A stretch of 57,816 nucleotides of DNA, the filler included, from Sphacelaria rigidula (lineage: Eukaryota), in assembly GCA_964200075.2 (NCBI GenBank). It is 7 parts of 7 records of this genome, joined end to end, with 100 filler letters (N's around TTAATTAATTAA, not from the genome) between each part and the next. Parts side by side here need not be neighbours in the genome. Positions count along the whole stretch, not along the records: positions 49,644 to 57,816 come from CAXNAA020012029.1; 6 more parts are not named here. The stretch is one strand, 5' to 3'. The notes beneath the pieces were generated by a model, which was not told the DNA's origin, searched no databases, and saw only the letters and a program-made list of their open reading frames with translations. Of this stretch, positions 49,832 to 57,816 are shown one piece after another. Both the position numbers and the translations under genes were made by a program. Each line of letters starts with the position of its first letter. Positions within the stretch are counted from its first letter, which is position 1.

Positions 49832-49900
49832 CAACTCGGCGTGTATCTCAATGCCGGGCGGGAGACGGCTGTGGCTTCTACGAAGGCCTTCACAACGCAG
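49832..49900 (+). CDS. glmS: Glutamine-fructose-6-phosphate aminotransferase (GFAT/GlmS), internal exon; gene 5'-partial
   Basis: QLGVYLNAGRETAVASTKAFTTQ (conserved VASTKA). AG/GT bounded, 69 nt. Confidence 0.9.
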
Positions 49901-50611
49901 GTGTGTGTGTGTGTGTGTGTTGTGATTGCTTTCGTGAACATCATCAGGAAATATTTGTGATGAAGAGAGAAATTTAAATTTCGTATAATAGTGTTCAGTG
50001 TGTCCTTCCTCGTGCAAGTAGATACGTTGTGTAGTCACAGATTCGCGTTCGTCTCGACCCGCGTCTGGACAATCCCGTGACGAGTTTTTTTTTCTTGTGA
50101 ATCGGCATCATTTGGACTTGGGAATGTCTGAAAGTGATGCCGATTCACAGAAACGATAATCGTCAGTGGGTTCCAAATGGTGTCAAATCGATGAGCTCGA
50201 AAACATGGTCGCGACTACTGATTTCGTCGCCCGAATAATAGCGCGTTTACGTGAGTACGACCGGTTCGAAATCACGGTACTAAGTAAATATGCTCACCAA
50301 AGGTTTTGTCCTCTCTTCTCCTTTTGTTTGTTTTCGCGCCAAGGGCGCATTTTTTTTTTTTGCACACACACACATCCATGTACCCGAGGGTACTCTAAAA
50401 CCAAGTATAAAGACAATATATATATGTAAGTATAGACACACATTGCCAAGATCCCTAGGCCACTGGTTTGTTTTCCACATCGACAACCCGAGAGGTATAG
50501 GTGTCGTCTTTACTTTTTGATGGGTAACCTTGCTTGCACCCTTGTTTTAGTCCCCCCTTCTCACCCCGTCCCTTCCGCCGCCCCTTCCTACCTCCGCATA
50601 CGCGACACAAG

Positions 50612-50761
50612 GTGACGGTACTGGGTTTGATCGCTCTTTGGTTCCGACAGCTGCGAGAGGCGGAGGTGGGATCAGCGGTCGACGCCATAAATTTGCCTGA
50701 CAAAAGTCGACTCTTCGAGGCGCTGCAGCGCCTACCCATCAGCTTCGGCATGGCCATGCGG
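50612..50761 (+). CDS. glmS: GFAT/GlmS exon
   Basis: VTVLGLIALWFRQ...LQRLPISFGMAMR. 150 nt, GTGAGT donor. Confidence 0.88.
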
Positions 50762-52181
50762 GTGAGTGAGACGCTCGTACCTAATCAGGGAGCTGTAAAA
50801 GGGCCATTACTTTTCCTCGTCTTCCTTCAAATATCAATATCACGTACATAAGAACGCGCACAGAGGAAAGACGCTCGAGAGGAAATACGCTTCATATACT
50901 CTGGGGTGTGGTTTCATGGTGAATTCAGAACGTTTTCCACGGTTCTTGAGGGTGACCAGCCCTCGAAATCCTGGCTACTCGCTCTCGCTCTCATGTACTC
51001 ACCCCTACTGCTCCTGCGGGAGTGGTGGTTCCCTGTACATAATCAAGATCGTATACACATTTTTATTTTTTCCTTGCTTGAAGGAAGGAGAAAATCCTCA
51101 CGCAACACTTGCTCCGCGTACGGGTTCGTGAGCCGATTACACGGAGGCTCGGCAAGACCCCCTCGCGGCAATCAGGTAGGGGTAGGCGCCTGGAGCGCTC
51201 GAAAATCTTTGCCAAAGGCAGCGTGGAGGTCTTACCCACTTATGTCCCCTGTCAACCTAGTGCAGTACCACACGCGCCGGCTTACCCTCGTGAGCATTGG
51301 CCTTATTGGTATGGATCGTGCACACCTTCAAAGTGTGATCTGATGAAATTGACAAGGCGAAGGTATGCATGACTGCGTGTGTCGTCGTCCAAGCGTGTCC
51401 ATGACGCGAGTCGATGGGATATGACTGTAACTATCATTTCATGTACCGGAATGATCGATTTGCGCGACATTTGACGGGTTTTCATGCACATGTGTGTGAG
51501 AGGAACATCAGTTGAAGCGTTGAAGATTCATTACGCTTCAAATATGATGATGCTGTTGGCGCGAACGGTTTGCGCAAGTTGTGACAGTTTTCGTGTACGT
51601 TTCTTTTTTCATGACAAAAACGATCAGAAAAAAGCGAAGCCATCGTGCTGGTTACAAGCTCGAACCACTTGGATCGCTATTCTGGGTAGGTTCTGCTCTG
51701 CAAGTGGCGATACCAGAAAATGAAGCAACTCATTGGAGGCTGTCATCCGAATGCAGGATTATCAGTAGGCTTCGGGCCGAACAATCTTGATGCGATGCAA
51801 CTCACCGTTCATGCGACTCGCCGAATACACCACGGCACTTCGCGCTCAGTCATTGACTGCGAGCCTGGTCCGGAGAAAACACGACGTGCTCAGTCCCGGC
51901 TTTGTAGGGGTGCGAGGTTAATGGTCTTATGACTATGGCATGCATGATAATAGGTAGCCCTCCACCCTCCCCTCCCCCACCTCACCCCACCCCACCCCAC
52001 CCCACCCCACCCCCCGCCGCGCGCCCCTTTCGCACATCAGTCCGATCTCTCGAGCCCGTGGTCATAGACGTCGGCTCGTCTTTCCCATACCGTCCGTGCT
52101 ATTCCTCCATCATTTATTGCTTCTTGTTCAATCTTCCCTTCTTTTGTTTTTTACTTTTCTTCGCGTGATGCGTCATCAAAG

Positions 52182-52277
52182 GTCCGGCAACAGTGCAAGG
52201 AAGTGGCGCAGACACTGGTCGACAAGAAACACCTCTTTGTTCTGGGCAAGGGGTATGGAGAGCCTGTCGCATACGAG
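52182..52277 (+). CDS. glmS: GFAT/GlmS exon
   Basis: [32 protein letters not shown]. 96 nt. Confidence 0.9.
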
Positions 52278-53382
52278 GTGATACTCTGTTTTATTTGCCT
52301 TGTGCGGTAGGCGCGCAAACGTCGAATACGACAGAGACACTGTGTATTGAATGTAAATACATGCGGGTCTCTGGTGTCTAAGTTATATTATATACAATGT
52401 TGCTGAGTGATGCTACGATAGGGAGAAAGCGGGCGGGCGGGGGGGGAAGCCACTTTTCCCACGAAATTTTCACCCCAAGTCGTCGTTGATTTCAGATCGA
52501 CAGTAGACCAAGACGTGAAAAGAAAGTCAACAAAAGTCTATCTAAAACAAAAAAAATAGAAGGGAGATGGTATCGGTGGTGGATACAAAAGACTTCTCAC
52601 CTCGGCAGTAGTCGGTGTCGCGCAAGTTAATATCGAAGTCTCGTCGACACTGGTTGATGGAGGCTTTGTCGTACACTAGGGGGGCAGGCGCACTGTCTCC
52701 CCCGCGATTTACTGTACCCTGAAGGCAATGGACACTTTACCCAATATACCTTTACTTTTGGTATTGTCTGCGCGGTACATTCGTACTGGGCTTCTAATGC
52801 GGGCGTCTTCCGTGGTCACAGGCTTGCTACCTACAATAAGGTATGAGGGAAGAAGAAAAAAAAATCACCAGAAGTGCTGTTTTTTTGTTGCTATCACTAG
52901 TGTCATTCGAATATGCAGCATCGTTGCTGTTGGTTCTCAAAAGCTGCCGTCATCACGGAAAACACATGTGTGACGTGACACTTGGCTCTTCCGGAAAGCC
53001 ACACCTCTTGTTGATGTGCTCTCCATGACATGCTATGACGGTTTTTATTTTTCAAGATATTTATATATATACATATTTCTTCTCAGTCATCCTCGCGCGA
53101 TACAGGCTGTTTTTTGTTTCTGGCCCGCGGGGATTCAATCGCATGCATGCCTTGTATCACACACCCATCAGTTTTTCGGGAGGGTGATTTGTCCCATCCC
53201 AACATACTCGGTGAGCTACTGTAAACAGACGAACAGGCCACTGACTTGAAGCGCGGGGAGGTCAACTTGGTCGTTATTGAGCCCCAGCGCCCAGAAGATG
53301 ACAATGTTCATTTTCCTTTCGAACTTTTTTTCTTTCACTGTTGTGCTGTTTTCATGGATTACCATCAAAATCACCCCGGCAG

Positions 53383-53541
53383 GGTGCCTTGAAGCTGAAG
53401 GAAATGACGTACCTTCACGCGGAGGGGTACAGCGGAGGCGCGCTGAAGCACGGGCCGTTCGCATTGATCGATGGGCCCGATGATCCTAACGGGGCAACCC
53501 CCATCATTTTAATCATTTTGGACGACGAACATGCGCCTCAG
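53383..53541 (+). CDS. glmS: GFAT/GlmS exon (second SIS domain)
   Basis: [29 protein letters not shown], with the catalytic Glu and His motifs. 159 nt. Confidence 0.93.
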
Positions 53542-55570
53542 GTACGTCGTTTGTAAAAAAAGTAAAGAAGTATTTTTCCAGAACGTAAGAGAACAAGAGG
53601 ATCCTGGGGGAAAATGGTTTGACCCCTTGAGACCACGGATTCATATCCCGAGGAAAGGGAGGGGTTTGAAGTGCCCCAACAAAAAAAAAGTGAAATGATT
53701 ATAATAAAAATGAGGGTCTTGTCTTCTGGTTCAAAAAGTGTTGGGATGTGCTCGTTGCGCTGGTGTTTTTGAATATTGAATCTTTCACAAGTCGGGGACA
53801 AAATAATAATTCATTCGTCTCGCACAAATCAAAATCAATCCTTGGGCTTTGGTGTTGACGTTGCACTCCAGGTACACGCACCCCCAGGAAGATTCAAAAT
53901 CTCCAACTATTTTCGTATTGATATATATTTTTTTGTGCGCCGTGGTGAACCCCCCCGCCCCTCCCCTATCTGACTCGAGCAAGCAATGATTCGTCTGGAC
54001 CCTTGAAACTTTGTGTTGCACGGGGTGAGGATAAAGGGGGAGGCGTTGACGTTTCTAGTTTTTTGTTTTTTATTGTTTTTTACCTGTTTCCCCCCCTTTT
54101 TTCTTGTTCCTGGGGTAACCAACGTTGCGCTTCCGCAAGCTGAGCTGATGGCGACCATAGCTAGACGGTGGACTGATTTGATTGATTTGATTGATTGTAT
54201 AACCCTGAACAAATGTGGTGGTCAACAGTTGAAATGAAAAAAAATGGTACTGCGTAAAATATAGGCCTATTACACCTAGGTCGCCGGGATACTGCAACTT
54301 TTGTCGGACTGGTAATAGTTGCAAAAGGTCGATCCTTTGAGCGAATGAATTGCGCCGACATTGCAATTGTTGTTGGACCGACAATAGTTGCAATAGCAGT
54401 ATAGTCACCACTGAGGAGGGTGCTATGGTTGATTTTTTGTTCGACTTGATCTCCATCGAGGCTGTGCTACAAGCGTGGTTGCAGCGTGTGAAGAACGCAT
54501 TTTTAAGATCGGAATCGGCTCCTGGGGCGCCAATTTCAGATATGGCAGCACTCGCTGATGAAAAAAAAAAGAAGAGGGGAAAATAGAAGGAGTCACCCGT
54601 AAAAGTGCAAAAAAACGAAAACATGGTTTGGTTCAAAAGTGAACAGGACGACCGCGGAAAAACACGGATTTTTAGGTGACCTCGTGGTGTTTTCGGGAAA
54701 CGCGCCCAAAAGAGGCGGAGACAGCGAATTGTAAGTTGTTGTTTTCGTCTTCGCAACAATGTCGTTTGCTATCAAATTCTTGTTCGCTGGGTCTTTTCAG
54801 ATTTGTTTTGGAATTTCTTGGAGCAGAAGTTACCACTCACGATACTTCGCTCGTCGGGCAGCTCAAAAACTACCTAAAACAACAAATCAAAGAGGATGCT
54901 ATGATCGGTTGGTCCAAGAACGTAAAGGACGTGACCGCGGGGTCTGAGAAGTCAAAGCGCGACCGTTGCGCCACTTCACTTGCTCAGCGATCAGCGCTGT
55001 AGGGAAGCAAGTATGTTTGGGAACAGGGGACAAACAATGAGCTACCGTAAAGTAGCTCATGATCTGGATCGTTACACCGATGAGAAGTATAATTGAGGTA
55101 GCTCATGATCTGCCCGACGTGTGAGGCCTTGCAAATCTTGTGTCCTATACAGTACGGTACACCAAATATAGAAAACATATATATATATACTTGCCCGTAA
55201 TCCCCGTCCGTACCAAACCGGAGTTTTGGAGACAGGGCTCGATAACATGCCGAACCATACCACACCCTGGATAATGGCGAATCATGGCACACCCTGGATA
55301 ATTACAAAATATTACATGGTCCAAAAGTGTACTTCGTACAGTATGGAATCTATTGTCTATTGCAATAGTCGAACCTGTACGCAGTACACTTTTTATTAAC
55401 GTGATATACTGTCCAGGGTGTGAACTATACACACTCCGATATGATCTAATATAGTGTGCCAACTCCAAATCGCCCACTTCCGGGTGTACCCTACTGAACA
55501 CAGCCTTGCAGTTTTCACCTGCTTTCCCCACATGCATGTTTTGTTTTTGAAAAATGACCTCAACATGCAG

Positions 55571-55684
55571 ATGCGGACATGTGCCGAGGAAGTGAAAGCG
55601 CGAGGTGCCCAGGTAACGGTCATAACGGACAACCCCGTACTTGCGAAGGGACTGGACCCCAAGCCGATCGTCATTCCCAACAAC
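55571..55684 (+). CDS. glmS: GFAT/GlmS exon
   Basis: MRTCAEEVKARGAQVTVITD...IPNN. 114 nt, GTGAGT donor. Confidence 0.9.
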
Positions 55685-57169
55685 GTGAGTGAAGTTCCTG
55701 ATTTTTAGCAGCATGTCGCAAGTGAGGATCCGTTGGCCTGTCGTAACCCAGTGTTGGCTTCTACACAATCTCGCCGTGCAGCTAGGGACGTAGGAGGAAC
55801 GCTCACTGCATGCACCGGAAGACCACAAGTGAGTCTCGGCAGAGGCGTGAACGTGGTGAAGTTACTCGCGGATATTTCTCAGGAGGAGGTAGCAAGGGTC
55901 GAGCACAGAGCTTACCCGTAACCGCCGTTCGTGGATGTGCGAGATGACTTGCCTGTTCTTGTGTCAAGAAAAGACCGCGATGTTATTATTGCCCCCTGGA
56001 GACAGCAACCTTGAAGTCCCAGATAACTTACCGACTACAACAGTCGGAGACAGTGCGATGATCGTGCAGGAAGCTGATGTCAGAACCGGCCACACAGGGT
56101 AGCGTGCAACAGACCTAACCAAGGAACAAGGGGGTGAGAGTCAAACGGAGGCCATACACAAAATACGGTATACCACTTTTTGCAAGTTTCGATGGCGGGG
56201 TAACAGTAGGTTACTGTAGTTTCTTGAAATACTGCCGGAATACGATGAACGTGTTTACACCCTGGGCGACACACACGAAGAATGTCGAGACTGGACAAGC
56301 CCATCCGTTGCCTAGGCACTACGGGGAAGGGGGGGGAGGGGAGCTAGCTGCACCCGCTATCGACCTAAGTGCTCACTGCTTGCTGCAATTCACTTTTGCA
56401 ACACTCGCAGCACTGCTATTCTTGTGCTGCTGGAATGCGCTGTATGTTGACGTACTGGCTGTTGAACGGTGTGGTTAATGCTGCATTCAAGCAGTCAGGA
56501 GACTAACTTAATACTGTCTCGTTCGGTTGGCACTAAATCATATGACGCTGCTGAAGGTTTTTTGTACATGCATGGACAACGAACGGAGGGCGGGGTTAAA
56601 GGTACTTGCTGAGCGGTATGTGACAACACTCCCCGCTTTACTGCTGCCACGGCTGCTACAATACATACGTGCGCACACATTTCGAAAGCCATAATGCCTC
56701 TGTACAAAAAATTGCTGACCTGATGCCTTTGTCATTCTCACCGGCATTCGAGGCGTTTATATTCGTGACTGGAAACAGTCTCTCCTCTAGGCACACGTGA
56801 AAATCTGCGCGACGGGGCAAAATTTTACGATAATTTTCTGGTGAACAGCTACTGTGGCACTCGAGAGCGTTTTGGTTTGGGCGTTGAACTCCCCCCACCC
56901 CCCATCATCGAACGATGCTCTGTCTCGAAGGGGATGCATGGTTACGAGTTGAATGACTGGGGCAAGCAAGGAAAAGATACGCCCCCCCCCCCTCCCCCCC
57001 CCTTCTCCTCCATCACCGTAAGCGGAAACGTCCAATTATCTTGTGAGGCCCGGCCAAACCTGTGGGCGCAAAACTCGAAACGATTTATTACGACACTGTT
57101 CAGTAAACCGCAAGCGCTTTGCTCGCTTGCCGCACACGTACCGCACGCCATCTCCCTTTCTCTTTCTCT

Positions 57170-57214
<45 letters not shown>

Positions 57215-57231
57215 CTTTTTTTTTTGTGCAG

Positions 57232-57354
57232 GGAATATTGACGGGCCTTATCGCCATTCTACCTATGCAACTGATCGCGTACGAACTGGCCCTAGCGAAA
57301 GGAGTGAACCCGGACATTCCCAGAAACTTGGCTAAGAGCTTTCCTACGGCCTAA
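57232..57354 (+). CDS. glmS: GFAT/GlmS terminal exon
   Basis: GILTGLIAILPMQLIAYELALAKGVNPDIPRNLAKSFPTA*. Preceded by (CT)n/T tract and tgcag. Confidence 0.92.
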   Translation, partial: GILTGLIAILPMQLIAYELALAKGVNPDIPRNLAKSFPTA

Positions 57355-57816
57355 ATCACGTCCGAATCTGCTGTATTATTGTATTTTTTTCAAGTCGCGC
57401 GGGACTGTGTCCTCGCTTTGGTCCGGCGTGCTTTTTTTTTTTGTTGAAGTTTTCGCGATTTTGACGAGTACGTGAGAGATGAGCCAAATACTCCGCAAGT
57501 GGCGTAAAATTGTGAGAGTGAGTGCGGTGGAGAGGACGACTGCGTGCATTGTGTGTATATGAACATGGAGCGGACGGAAGGGGAAGTGGCATGGTAACGA
57601 TGTATAGGTAGGTGGTGGAATATTTACACTGGTGCTCTGGGGGCAGACTGAATATGTATTAAATCACCCACAAGGCAGTGTATATGCCATGGCTGTCTTT
57701 GGGATTGGCGATACCAGACAATAAAGCAACTCATTGATGGCTGTCACCCAAATGCAAGATACTCAGTGGGCTTCGGGCCGAACAATCTTGGCAGGGTGCA
57801 GCTCACCCCTCATGCG

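Noticed and set aside
54070-55828. 229-aa and 227-aa minus-strand ORFs
   Set aside because: Lie in GFAT introns or antisense to a GFAT exon; low-complexity, no recognisable domain.
34921-57354. GMD plus GFAT as a sugar-nucleotide/cell-wall gene cluster
   Set aside because: They lie on different, artificially concatenated contigs.

Overview
This window is not one continuous locus. It is seven unrelated contigs (1-8175, 8276-16449, 16550-24723, 24824-32997, 33098-41270, 41371-49543, 49644-57816; lengths 8175, 8174, 8174, 8174, 8173, 8173, 8173), size-sorted and joined by an artificial 100-bp linker (44 N + TTAATTAATTAA + 44 N). The DNA is eukaryotic, intron-rich and repeat-rich. A brown alga (Phaeophyceae) is inferred from the alginate-type GDP-mannose dehydrogenase and the gene architecture. 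Supportable genes: (i) the 5' part of a SECIS-binding protein 2 (SBP2) gene, carrying three U2AF65-like UHM/RRM domains between its K-rich motif and the start of its RNA-binding domain (the most unusual item); (ii) a complete 3-exon, 318-aa GDP-mannose 6-dehydrogenase; (iii) the last six exons of a GFAT/GlmS gene with an aberrant C-terminal tail. Also present: a decayed Ty3/Gypsy pol with a chromodomain and an extra C-terminal domain, a Copia gag relic, a tRNA-derived SINE and several MITE families, some with readable TIRs and TSDs. All family calls come from manual motif recognition, not database searches.
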